A DNA stretch of 64,000 nucleotides from contig NC_045696.1 in assembly GCF_009834535.1 (NCBI RefSeq), positions 23,438,001 through 23,502,000 of the forward strand, read 5' to 3'. Shown piece after piece: positions 13,770 through 26,129 of the stretch. Below the pieces are notes generated by a model. The model was not told the DNA's origin. It made no database searches and was given only the letters and a program-made list of their open reading frames with translations. The first letter of the stretch is position 1. Every line of letters begins with the position of its first letter. The DNA is from Camelus ferus (lineage: Eukaryota). The position numbers and the translations under genes were made by a program.

Positions 13770-15090
13770 TTCGGGACAGCATAGAAACCATCATTTATCC
13801 CATCTTAAAAAAATGTTTAAATATGAACCACTCCTAATCACACAGCCACTTCTCACCAACACTTCATTTTTCTGTTTTTCTTGATAGCAAAGCTCCTCAA
13901 GAAAGGATTCATACTGGCTATTTCCAATTTCTCTTCTCATTTTCTCTGGAACTTACTCCATTTGAACTTTCCCCACTATGACCACTTCATTTAAACTGCT
14001 TCAAAGCCACTGATAATTTGTATGACCCTAAATCAAATGATTGGTGCTCTGGCTTCATTCTACTTAATGCTTCAGCAGCATTTGGCTGCAGTTGGCAGCA
14101 GTTTGATCATGCCTCCCTCCATTACACACTTCATTCACTCACTTCTAGGATAAAGCTTTCCCAATGGCTGTTCCTTCTCTTCTCTCCTCCCCAGGGTCCT
14201 CATAGCCAACTGCTTCCTTGACAACTCAGCAGAGTATCTATCAGCCATTTCAAACGTAATGTGTATGAGAACAGACTCTTATTATTATCCCACACTTGCT
14301 CTGTAAAGTCCTACCCATCTCACCTTCACCATCTTTGCAGCTTTTAGGGCCAAAAACCTGGGAATCACGTAGGACTACTCATTCTTTTATACCCCACATT
14401 CATTCTTTCAGCAAGCCCCGTTGATTCTACCTTTACAAATACGCCCAGAGTTCAACCACATCATACCACCATGACTGCTTCCTCCCTCGTCCAAGTTACA
14501 TCATCTCTCACCTGCATCACAGCAGCAACTTTCAAATGAATCTCTTTTCTGCTCTTACTGTTCATATCCACACAGAAGCCATAGGAAGCATTTTAAAATA
14601 TATGTCATATTTTGTCTTTCCCTCAGAGCAACTTAGTATTTCATTTTACTAAATGTAGAATTCAAAGGATTTACAATTGTTCACAAGATCCTACGTTATT
14701 TAACTCCCTATTTTCTGTCTAAACTCATTTCCTATGCTTGTCCACCACACATGCTGCTACAGCCACCCTGACCTCCATGCTGTTCTTAGAAGCTATAGAC
14801 ATGATCTCATATCATGGCCTTTATATTGGTCTCTTCCATTTGCTAGAAATATTTTTGCAACACTCTCTCCAATACACCCAGATATCTTCTCTCCCAGTTT
14901 CTTCAGGTCATGCTCAACAGTCTCACCTGGGCAAAATATTTTAAATTATAATACCTCTCATAATCTCTATACCCCTTTTGTGTGTAGCTGATTCATTGCA
15001 GATATTTAGTTATCACCATCTGATGTCCTGTAGGTTTAACTTTGTGATTCTCACATTAGAATGTAACCTCCAGAAGGGCAGAAATTGTTT
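13770..15090 (+). mobile_element. L2 LINE 3' region (L2a-like), interrupted by L1; tail resumes at ~16720-16810
   Basis: gccaaaaacctgggaatcac...ccccacattcattctttcagcaagccccgttgattctacc and attagaatgtaacctccagaagggcag are L2 hallmarks. The terminal gctgggcacacagatagaactcaatatttatttattgaat follows the L1. Confidence 0.8.
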
Positions 15091-15127
15091 TTGTTTTGTT
15101 TTGTTTTTGGCTTTTCTTAAGGTTCTA

Positions 15128-16680
15128 ATTATTTTTTTCAGCTTTCTTGAGGTATAACTGATAAACAAATTGTAAGATATTTAAAGTGTACAACACGGTG
15201 ATTAGATATATGCAAACATTTTGCAACGATTTCCCCATCAAGTTAATTAATACATCCATTACCTCACATATTTAACTTTTTTTTTTGGTGAAAGCATTTA
15301 AGTCCTAATCTCTTGGTAAATTTCAATCACAAAGTGCAGTATTATGAACAATAGTCACCATGTTGTACATTAGATCCTCAGAACATATTCATCCCATAAC
15401 TGAAAGTCTGTACCCTTTCCCCACCTCCCTGTATTTCCCCCACCCCCGAGCCCCTGGCAACCACTTTTCTAGTCTGTGTCTATGAGTTCAACTTTTTAAA
15501 GATTCCGCATAAAAGATTTGTCTCTTTTGTTTATCTTTTCAAAAATCTAGCTCATAGTTTCATTGACCTTTCCTGTCATCTTCTTGGTCTCTATTATTTT
15601 CACTCTGATCTTATTTCCTTCTGTCTGAAGTTAGTAGGCTTAGTTTGTTCTTTTTCTAGTTCCTTGCAGTGTAAACTTAGGTTGTATATTTAAGATCTTT
15701 CTTTTTTCTTTATGAAGGCACTTAACACCATACATTTCCCTTAGAAATGTTTTTGCGGCACCCCAGAAGTTTTGGTATGTTTGATTTTCATTTGTCTCAA
15801 GACATTTTTTGGTTTCTCTTTTTGACTTCTTTTTTGACCTACTGATTGTTCAGAAGCATGTTGCTTAACCTCCATATATCTGTGAACTTTCTAGTTTTGT
15901 TCTTGTAATTGATTTATAATTTCATACCTTTGTGGTCAAGAAAGATTCTTGATATAATTTCAATCTTCTTTAAATTTATGGAGAATTATTTTGTGCCTGA
16001 CATACGATCTATCCTGGAGGACGTTCCATGTCCTCTTGAGAAGAATGTGTATTCTGCTCTTATTGGATGGAATGTTCTATAAATATCTGTTAAGTTCATG
16101 TGGCCTAATGTGTAGTTTAGGTCCAATGTTTCCTTTGTTGATTTTCTGTCTGGACGATCTATCCATTGTTGAAAGTGGGATTTTGAAGTCCCCTACTATT
16201 ATTATTGTATTACTGTCTATTTCTCCCTCAAGTCTTCATTTATTTTATATATTTAGGTGCTCCTGAGTTGGGTGCATGAATGTTTACTGTTATATCCGCT
16301 TATGAATTGACCACTTTATCATTATATAATGACCCTCTTTGTCTCTTGTTCCAGTCTCGGACTTGAAGCCTGTTTTGTCTGATATAAGTGTAGTTACTCC
16401 TGCTTTCTTTATCCATTTGCACAGAATAGCTTTTTCATCCCTTCACTTTCAGTCTTTGTGTACTTTAAAACTAAAGTGAGTCTCCTATAGGCACTGTGTC
16501 AGGAGTGAGGTTTGTGCTAAGAGTGTCCCAGCCTTTCCTACCTATTTTGACATAGGCCTTTTCTCATTCACCTGACACGGAGAGTCACTCAGCTAGCTTC
16601 TGCATGTCCTTCACTGGTAGTTGCTTGATGTGCAGCTGTGCATTTGGTGTGTCCATGGGAGGAGGGGAGTTCAGCTTGCT
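15128..16680 (-). mobile_element. L1 (L1MA-like) element with internal deletions: 5'UTR piece, ORF2 N-terminal piece and 3'UTR
   Basis: 15128-15510 is an antisense L1 3' end (cttgaggtataactga...aaagtgtacaac). 15510-16495 is antisense ORF2 endonuclease region (ttgagaagaatgtgtattctgct, gaagtcccctactattattattgtatt). 16495-16680 looks like antisense 5'UTR (gtgtccatgggaggaggggagttcag). Confidence 0.8.
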
Positions 16681-18185
16681 TTTGTTTCTGGTTGTTTCTG
16701 TGTCTTATTTTTTTCTAGTTCGTTTGTTTGTCTGTTTGTTCTAAACAGTGTTAATCCCAGAACTATGCTGGGCACACAGATAGAACTCAATATTTATTTA
16801 TTGAATAAACCAATGAAAAGTTCCAACTTTGTAGTGGACACTTTAATCTTTAACTTTAAAATGTATACCTAATCTATAGATTGGTAATCTCTAAGTCTCC
16901 TTCCAATTCTGAAATTCAGTGGCTCTAACACAAGCATGTGCTCAGTCTGTTTAATGACTCCTTTCCTGAATCACTCAAGCCAAGTTACTTCATTGCCCTC
17001 TCTGCTCTTACAGCACATTTTCTTGCTTACAAGATTAGCATTTACCTAATATTTTCACCAAAATTAAACCAAGATTTAATCAAGGGCAAGGTATGTTTTT
17101 ATCTGTTTCTTTTCATATCCTTGCTTTAACATACCATGGTGTCTGACACTCACAGAGTTAGGCTTTCAAAAAATATTTATTAAGTGAGGGTGACTAGTAT
17201 AAAATACTGTTTGAGAGGTTGGGGGAAAGAATATTTCTTTATCTTTTTAAACATATAGCTAAGGGCAAAAACTAGAGGGGAATATTTCTCTAGTGGGTCA
17301 CTGTGGAGGTTTTTTTAGATTTTCATTATTCCCCAGTCTTGAAGCTCAAGCAATGAAGCAGAAGGTTTTTTTTTTCTTTCCTATAATGTTTTCTTTGGGA
17401 AAATTCAGAAAAAGTCATCACATCCTCTCCTGGACTATAAGGAAATTAGAAGTCTCATTTAAAAGAACAGATGCATAGCTAAATCTGCCTAGGTAAGTGA
17501 GAAGCAATCGTAAAATTTTCAGAATAGATATTGCCTGAAATCCTTATTTTTGTATTTTATTACAATAATTTAAAAAAACAAACCAGGAAATACCTTTCAC
17601 TGAACATCATTTTTTTCCCATTGAACATCATTTTAACTGCATACTCTAAATCACAATACTTAAATAAAATAAAGAGAAAGACATAACTTTGTGTACTAAG
17701 TCACAATTTTTTTACTTTGTTTAATTTAATCACATGTCTAATCTTAAGGGAATGGCAACAAAATGTATGTATTTAGTTTTAGCATACATCTACAATATGA
17801 ATTCATACTTCACCCAGCACTGTAGTACAAAATATCACCGTTCTATTAAAAGATTGAAGTTCAAACATGCTCAATTTGACTTTAACATCATTGCTTCCCT
17901 AAAACTTATTTCCTATGCATACAGAATAGACTAAACTTTATTTTCAGTATGAATTTTCTACTCTGAAAATATCTCACCTTCATTGAAGCAAGGCTCAAGG
18001 CTCTCTTTAGCTCTTGTTTTGTTTTTAACACTCTGTAACCAAAAGCACTGACGCACTCTAACTGAATGCTCCAGATATATGCAAAAGTAAAAACAAAAAC
18101 AAAAACAACAACAAACAAAAACAACAACACTTTCACAGCAAAGCCCATTAACAATTACACCTGGGGAAAAAAACAGACTGGGTAA

Positions 18186-18686
18186 TAAAGACTAACCGTT
18201 TTGTTTCTTTTCCTTTGTGCTTAGTCTAGTTTCACTTGCTCAGAGGACTCGCAGAGGGCCCCTCAGACCAGAGTTCCTAGTGCCAAACGGCGGTGCGACA
18301 CCTCAGCTCCGACTGTATGTAGAAGCCGCCAGTGACGCTGCAATTCAAGATGGCGGCGGCCGGCCGTGTGCAGAGACGCCGCGCCTGCCCGCAGTGCAGT
18401 CTGGACTCGGAGCAGCACAGCTGCCGGCCCTGCGATAACTCCACCCCGCCCCGCCCCGCCCCGCCCCAACCCTCCCCTCTGCGCCCCGCCCTCCCCTGCT
18501 AATAAGATCCCTGAGTAGCAACCCCGCCCACAGCCGTCAGGGAGATCGGCCTTTCTATTCTCTTATCAGAGAATAAATCTTCCTTTGGCTTCTGACCTGA
18601 ACTTGGTCTCCCTCTAGTTCTATTGGCATGAGTGACATTAGGCAGGAGGACACTTGTTGCGCACCATCTCAGGAGGGTCGGTTATA
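18186..18686 (+). mobile_element. Probable ERVL-class solo LTR (MER54/MER74/LTR53-like group; exact family uncertain)
   Basis: ~500 bp, starting actaaccgttttgtttcttttc, with AATAAA at 18572-18577 followed by a U5-like segment and ending ggtcggttata (cf. ...cggttaca LTR terminus). No clean TSD seen. Confidence 0.55.
18240..18550. promoter_or_regulatory. CpG-island-like candidate promoter
   Basis: About 27 CpGs counted in ~310 bp, against a depleted background. YY1 motif CAAGATGGCGGC 18346-18357, (CCCCG)n GC-box array 18444-18467, further GC boxes 18484-18491 and 18522-18529, TGACG 18333, GTAGCAAC 18515-18522. Confidence 0.6.
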
Positions 18687-19289
18687 GTACTAATAATATC
18701 CATGTCTAAATATGTTCTTAAGTTAAAGGAAGATCTTATTAGAGTTTATTTGTAATTTACCCTCAAAGTCAAAAGAAACTTGCAGTGTAAGGCTTTTTCA
18801 GACAAATTTCTCCTCGCAGTCAAAATAGTCATCATTACTTTTGAGACAGAATTTTATGCTTTTAGTCACAGCTGGGAAAGGATGAAATCAAACACCTTTA
18901 AAAATGTCTTCTCTAAGCCAAAGAAAGCTATGCTTTCACTGGAGAATTTTATTATCAATACTACTCAAGTCAACATTTTCGAAATGTTCCAAAATAATAC
19001 ATTGCTATCATAGAATGGCTTTCATCTAAATACCTCAGTCATTTTACTAGGAAAAGCAGAGGCCTCTTAGAACAACTTTGAGACGATCTCTCTAGACCAG
19101 TTCCATAATCTGTCAGACACTCATACATCCCATTATTCTTTATCAAGCAATTTCTACCATTCTGTTTCAAGTACTGTACTAGGTATATAGGTTTTAAAGA
19201 CCAAAGTCCTTTTTCCTTCCCTAAAAAATTAACAGAAAGAAAGCAAAGTTAAAATAAGTGCTTAGAAGTGTATGTATTCTATGCATGAT

Positions 19290-20210
19290 GATCCAGGTTT
19301 TATAGGGCCTGAAATTTGAGGGGCCTTCTTTATGAAAAAGAATATAAACTTACAAATATAAAATTACATTTGTATGTGAATATTTAGAATGATAAATCAT
19401 GAAAAATTGCAAAATTTAAGAAACTGAAAATATTACAAACTTCACAACATTGGCAAATTCAGTCTTTAATACAATTTATTGAAATTATTTCAGGACTGAA
19501 ATTTTAGAAAACTTTTACCTTCACAACTTATTATTGGTAATGTTATCAAAATGTTTAGGATTGTTACCCAATTTGGGAAAACTTTTATCAAATTTCTTTT
19601 ATACAAATAAAATTGCTTGCATTTCAAATATTCCTGCACATTGACTATATCACATACTCTGAGTTGACAAGACTTATTAACCATTTTGTCACAGATATCT
19701 TTATTACTTTGATGTCATTAGGAGTTTCATGTTATCCTCATCAAAGTCAATAATCTTGTCCAATCAGTAACAAATTAAGTCTTTTTCCACTGGATTCATA
19801 TGACTCATTTCTTTAGACTAATTTGATTATGTAACAGTGTATAGCTATTCACTCCCTTGCCCTGGAAAACTCTCTCTCTTAATAAAATATTTAGGTATGA
19901 TTTGAACATGATTTGTTACAACTTTTTTCTCATTGTCAAAATAATTTTAATTAATTTTTTCTCACCTTTTCTTGCTTTTGTTTGCATATTTCATTAACTT
20001 GTATGTAAATTTTCTCCCATTAAAAAAAATGCCAATGAGGAGTCTATAATTTCTCACTTGTTATATCAAAAACATTCCAAAAAGTATTTCTATATGACAG
20101 CTAAAATGGCTTCCCCTTAACTTTATCCTAAGAATGCTCCAGTGACTGCAATGAGCAGAAGATTAAGCATAACTAATTGCAGTTGAACTATGTTTTGCTT
20201 CACAGTAAAC
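19290..20210 (-). mobile_element. hAT DNA transposon fossil (MER53/hAT-1_Mam-like end) with transposase C-terminal remnant
   Basis: The left end gatccaggttttatagggcctgaa...gggccttctttatgaaaaagaata resembles the MER53 terminus. Minus ORF 19490-19684 contains FPNWVTILNILITLPIISCEGKSFLK, matching the hAT dimerisation motif FPNL..L.ILLTLPVTS...ERSFS. Confidence 0.75.
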
Positions 20211-21040
20211 ACACATTTGTGCTATTCAAGTAGGGAAAAGAACACTAATTGTGCTTGGTAAGCTCAAGGAAGGCATCACAAAGTACATGAATATTGAAGC
20301 TGACTCTTGCAGTATAAGTCAGTGTTCACAAGGTAGGGAAGGCTGTGGGCAAGAATTTGTGCAAAAGTTCAAAGCCCCACCACACTAACCATGAACCCAA
20401 AGTTCTGACCCTGAAATCACCATCTTCCTCTTCCAGTTAGCTATCCAGCATCCTCCTTGCAATTTCCGCCTACTCATGTACCATAACAATTGTAGTTTTT
20501 GAAACTCAAGCACAACTAAAATAAGCCATATGGCATACAAATTCCCCAATGAAAATAAAAAAGACAACTTAAGATTTTGGGTTTGTAAAGGTAAAGACCA
20601 CAAGAAGGATATATTTGAAAAATACGAAGCCAGTGAATGGTATGCTTGTTTTCGATTCCAGGATGAACCAAAAAGAGACCATGTTCTTGAAACTTGAAGG
20701 AGGCATTTTTGGAAAATGAATGCACAATTTTGCTCAACCTGAAAGATGGCAGAGAATAAAATGAGGAGTTTCAAGAAAGCTTAAATGACATCAGGGATGA
20801 AAGATTTTTATCAAGGGGAAATTAAACTTCAGAGCCTCCAATCTCTACTCAAAGAAATGAACTGCCCTCCTCTCCACGTAAAGGGTCTTATTAAAATCAA
20901 ATCCTCTGGAGTAGGGTGAGCTTTCATAGTGATCCATATGCCTCGATGTCTTTAGCTTCTCAAACATTTTTAAAGCCTTTTAGAAAATAGATATCAACTA
21001 GATAACCCCAAAGATTATATACGGCTTCCTTTTTGACTAG

Positions 21041-21552
21041 TGTGATGGTTAATTTTATGTGTCAACTTGACTGGGCCATGGGGTGCGTAAATATTTGGTC
21101 AAACATTATCCTGGGTGTGTCTGTAAGGGTGTCTTGGTTGAGATTAACATTTGAATAAGCAGTCGGAGTAAAGCAGATTACTCTTCCCAGTGTAACATGG
21201 GTTGAAGCCCTGAATAAGAACAAAAAAAGTCTAACCCTCCTTTGAGTAAGTGGGAAATCTTCCTGCCTGATGAATTGAGCTGGAATATTGGTCTTTTCTG
21301 CCTTCAGATTCAAACTGAAACATTATCTCTTCTTAGGCTTTGAGCCCATTTATCAGTTCTCCTGGTTCTCAGACCTCCAGACTTGGGCTCCAACGACATC
21401 ACAGGCTCTCCTGGGTCTCCAGCCTTCCAACTGCAGATCAGGGGACTTCTTAGCCTTGATTATCTTTCATGGGCCACTTTCTTCTAACAAATCTTCTCTT
21501 ATAGTAAACAGAAATGTGGGTTCTGTTTCCCTGGAGAACTCTGACTAATACA
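21041..21552 (+). mobile_element. MLT2 (ERVL) solo LTR
   Basis: Canonical start tgtgatggttaattttatgtgtcaacttgactgggcca and end gttctgtttccctggagaactctgactaataca; flanks actag/actga. Confidence 0.9.
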
Positions 21553-21729
21553 ACTGATATAAACAAAACAAAGAATTCTACATGGTAGCTAAGAAGAGAA
21601 TGCATAATTAATATTTATACATATTTAATCCAGTTGGTATGTTTGGCAATTGACAGTTGAGGTATGGAATAAAGGAACAAAGACACATCCCAACTATAAA
21701 TATACAGCCATGGCTGTTAAAGTCCACTT

Positions 21730-21870
21730 TACAGATCCACTTTACAGATAAGGAAAATAAAATGCAGTGAAGTGAAATAGTTTCTCCAAGATAACAGCAG
21801 GTCAGTGGCAGAACCATCAGTAGCACTCGTTTTCCTGCATTCCAGTCTAGTGTTCTGTTCTTCACACCAG
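21730..21870 (-). mobile_element. MIR SINE fragment
   Basis: tttacagataaggaaaat...ccaagataacagcaggtcagtggcaga MIR core. Confidence 0.65.
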
Positions 21871-23669
21871 GCTTCTAATTTCACACTTGATTCTTCCCAC
21901 ACTTCAGTGGTTTAACATATAAAATGATCTCTGAAGCTAACTCCCATTCCCCATTTCATTTATTGTGCACCAATTCTTTCTTTAAAATGAGTATGTTCAG
22001 CTGCATAAAACAGGTCTTTGGGCTGGGCAAGGAGTACACTAACCCTTCAGAGAAGGTATGGCAGTGACGGGCCAGGATTGATGAGCAGAATGCCTCTGGC
22101 TCATAAGGATCAGTCAGAGAACCCTCTGTGGTCCATCCCAAGATGGCGAGGGAGTAAATATTGAGCTGGTGCCAAGGTGCTCAACTGCAAGGAGGGTCAG
22201 GGAAGAAATGCCAGAGTCTACAGGAAAGCATTATCCTAGTAGCCTCCTTAGGTCATTTCATCTCCAGAGAGGGTCTGGTAACCTGAACATGCCATAAACA
22301 AAGCTGACACTGCCACCACTAAGAAGCACAAAAATCTGCTTCAAGAAGCTTTCCCTTAATGTTCTTGTATGAGGCTCTCACTGTCCATCAGCTAACTGCT
22401 TTTGGTAAATTTCACCACTACCCTTATTCAATTTTCACACCCCTGGAAGTCACACTCAATATTTAATGATACACTGGCTTGGCAAAATAAAAGGAACTGT
22501 AGATTATTTTTGCAAAACACATCTGCTTGCTACATTAAAAAAAGTGTGGAAAAGAAAATAAGGCATTGATTCAAATTTCTCTGGACAGCTTTTAAAGTCA
22601 GCTGGAAAAAAATTGTATCAAAGAATACTTTCTAATTTCTAAGAAAACAAATAAAACAATCACTTAGTAACAATTGGCTATATGTTTTTAGTCAAATCTA
22701 TAATGATAGCTTCTTTATAGAACAGATATGTTCAGTATATTTTTCCCTACTTTATGATTTCAAGCGAGATCTTGCTAGTTTAAATTATTGTAGATTTTTA
22801 TAGCTATTACATGTTTTGCTCTGATTAGTTTTATGTTGGATCTTCGGTCAGAAATATAACACCTATCACCCATTACAATTGTTCTTATGAGAAAAATCAA
22901 TCTTTTTGACAATGAAACTAGCCATGATAATTTTCACAAACATTCTCTAGTGAAAAGCAAGGATAGCTTGTTGTATGCCTTCACCACATTGAAAGGACCA
23001 GAGGGGGCAATATCCTTGTGTTTGCTTTGAATAAATCATTCAGATTTTATGAGTCCTTGCACAGATCCATTCCCTATGCCAGAACCAGCCACATGTCCCC
23101 AAGGGGGTTTCATAGACCCCAGGTACTGCTGAGCTGCAGTGTTCTGTGTCCAGAGACAGGAAGGTCAATATCCAGGACTACTTGCAGAAAGTATTTGACA
23201 TATTCCATGGTCAGTGGGCTGTGAACCCCAGGATAAATTCCAGAGCTAGTTACTACAAATGACCCTAACTGCATACTCACTCCTGATGCCTCTCTCTTAG
23301 GGGATGGATGAGGGCTAAATTTGGGAGGGCTGTTTAATGTAATTGAATGCTTAATCATGGTGGTGAGATATTTAAGAAAATAAGCAGTTTTTTAGGAATA
23401 AAATATTCACATATGAATAATAAACTATATTACATATATAAAAGTTATTTTTAGAAGAATCTGTGGTTTAAAGTATGTCTGTCATATCTGAATGCTTATT
23501 TTCTGACCCACAACTATCATAGAGCCACATAACATAAATATATCATAAAATTAGAACTTTAAAGTTGGACTCTATTCAAAACTTTCCTTCTATTTGATGC
23601 TAACCTCCATTCCTGCCCATCATACCAACCACTTAATGGAACCAGTCTATCAGTTCTCTGTCAGGAGTC

Positions 23670-23900
23670 ATGAAAATTTGACAGTGGAAATTGATTGCTA
23701 AGTGAAATTACAAATTTTGCAAAGGATGTGGGATTTCACAAAGTCCATAAAAGTGATTCTGAAGGACTGCTTTTACTTATATGCACAGAAGCAATTGAAG
23801 AAAAGATATTGACACAAAAGCAAATGACTAAGTATCAAAAGATTAAGAAAGGATTTGGGGGAAGTTATGACGCTTCCGTTTTTTTTCAAAGATAATTCTC
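23670..23900 (+). mobile_element. Tigger/pogo (TcMar) transposase C-terminal fossil
   Basis: ORF 23695-23895 segment EITNFAKDVGFHKVHKSDSEGLL resembles the Tigger motif EI..LAK.vGF.EV.E.DVEELL. Confidence 0.55.
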
Positions 23901-25049
23901 TTAATAACCATAAAAGTCAAACATGAAGTTAAAGCCCACCAGTCTTCAGAACATGCTTGAAACCTGCTATAATTCTGTAGTAGCTGTAAATGTTGAAAGA
24001 ATTAAAACTTCTGAGCATTTCCTCCCATCCCCACAGTGATCCATTTAGCCAGCAAGGACCTGACTTACCAAATAGCTCTCCTCTGTGTAGACTCTTTGTA
24101 TTCCATTTCTCCTCTAAAAATGGAGAGGAGTCTTATGAAAATGAAGTGAAAACAGAAATTTACTTTCTATCCTGGAAAGAGGAGATTTGCAGTATAGAAC
24201 AAGATTGAAGGGCGATACCAGAATATCAGGGTGGGAAGTGAGAGAAAGGGAGACACATAGTTTGAAAATATATTCAGTATGATATTTATTTTAAAATTTT
24301 ACAAAACATATAAAAAGTATTTTGTAGTACCATAATAGTAAATAATGCAAACCACAGAAAATAAAGCTTAAAAAATCTTCTTCATAAGTGACAATGTGCA
24401 AATGATACTGTGACTTTAAGAAATTTTATCATACATAGAAAGAAGGGAAATTTCAGAATTTTTTCTGAGATGCATGTGTGTAGAAAAAGGGAGAGAAATG
24501 CTGGTCTTAGTAAACAGGCGAAAAATAATTTAAAGGTGGGAGAAAAAATCCATTTGGTCATTTGAGGTTTGACCCAATCTATTTACTCTAGTATTTTCCT
24601 CTAATAAAATAACAAATGAGCTGATTTGAAGGTGGTGAATCAAGTCTGACATTCTCTCCTCTCCCACCTGGATACAGACCTCCTTGGCCCCAGAACTGAC
24701 TCCTTTATTCGATGAGCAAGGATGGCCAGGGGAAGGCAAACACACACATGCCCTCTTTGCAAGTTCGATCGATGTCTAAGACACCCTAGTGTTAAAGGCA
24801 AGTCATGTATTTACATTGGTCTTAACTATATTTATAAAAGCAGAGCAGAGTTCCTCCCTTGATTCTATAACTCATTCTGAGTTGTGGGAGGTTTGTAGGA
24901 AGGTCAGCTGTCGTAATTGTTCATTTATTTGGGAACGTATTTTAACATTTTTGTTGAGATCTTGGGATTCCTGATGTAGGGATATAAAATTTCTTTTTCT
25001 TTTATTCTTTTTTTTACAAATCCTATTCAGACAGGCTAGGAAATAGTAC

Positions 25050-25440
25050 AGCATTGAAGCAACAGAATTTTGAAGCTAGAATAGACCTTAGAGATCATCC
25101 AATTTCTTCATTTTGATTAATTTGAAAACCAAGGCCCAGAAAACTTGAGTTCCAAGTTCATGCTTATGCAGCGATGCTGCAGAATAAAAAGGATGCTACA
25201 GAATCTGAAAGCCCAGGCATCTGAATTCAAGTCATCATTCTGTCATTTACAATTATGACATATTGGCCAAATCACTTAATCACAAAGGAAGACTTTATTA
25301 TGTGACCGCCGTTAAATAATTTAATCATGCACGTCAGTTTATCTCTCTATAAAATTAGGACAATAATACCTAGCTTTCAGGGTTATTGATAGAAATATAG
25401 AGAATACATAAAAATGTTTTAAAAATGCTATTATTTTTAT
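25050..25440. mobile_element. MIR fragments
   Basis: gaccttagagatcatccaa...gaaaaccaaggcccaga, and ggccaaatcacttaa...tcagtttatctctctataaaattaggacaataatacc. Confidence 0.6.
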
Positions 25441-25565
25441 TTAGTAGAAGAAATTTCAGAATCCTGAATCTCAGCTCTTTGCTCTAAGAGTATGATGTCT
25501 GTATAAGCTTTAAGTCTAATTCTTTTTTTAAATAAATCCCTTTAAATAAAACCTTCCTATTTCTT

Positions 25566-25675
25566 TTTCTTTCCATTGAAGTATAGTCAGTTTACAATGT
25601 TGTGTCAGTTTCTGGTGCACAACATAAACTTTCAGTCATACATATATACTCCTTTTCATATTCCTTTTCACTATA
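25566..25675 (-). mobile_element. Short 5'-truncated L1 3' tail
   Basis: ttgaagtatagtcagtttacaatgttgtgtcagtttctggtg; TSD-like accttcctatttcttt (25551) and accttctgtttcttt (25676). Confidence 0.75.
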
Positions 25676-26129
25676 ACCTTCTGTTTCTTTATAATATCCT
25701 CCAACAGTATCACAATTAGACCCAGATTACTGTTTGATAAAGAGTAGGTCTCAAAAATAGGCTCAGAATGCTCCAGGAAATATGAGGCAAATATTTTAGG
25801 TAATGTTGTATAATATGGCCCTCGATTAAAGAGAAGCAGAGTTTTATTAATATCCGGAAGGTTTCTGAAAACTCCTGTGGGAAGGAAATCTGTGTATACT
25901 AGCTTAACCAGTTGCTTTGGCACACCAAATAAATATTTATTAATAACCTCATAGTTTTGCGTTACCTGGACAAACTCCTCCCTCAAAAATAACTTACAAA
26001 AGTGCTGCTAAAGGCACAAGTTAAATGAACTGACATGGATTCAAAAATAATGGCTTTAATTTCTTCTGATTGTTAAGTAAATAAAAAAGCAAATAAATTA
26101 ATTTATTTTTATGTTAAAATTTTCATACA

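Noticed and set aside
18350..18503. AAGATGGCGGCG as a Kozak-like start of a housekeeping-type CDS (MAAAGRVQRRRACPQC...)
   Set aside because: The reading runs into the GC-box repeat with no convincing donor and no recognisable protein. It is better explained as a YY1 site.
20385..20774. 129-aa minus-strand ORF
   Set aside because: It has a non-ATG start and a hydrophobic composition typical of antisense A-rich DNA, with no recognisable domain.
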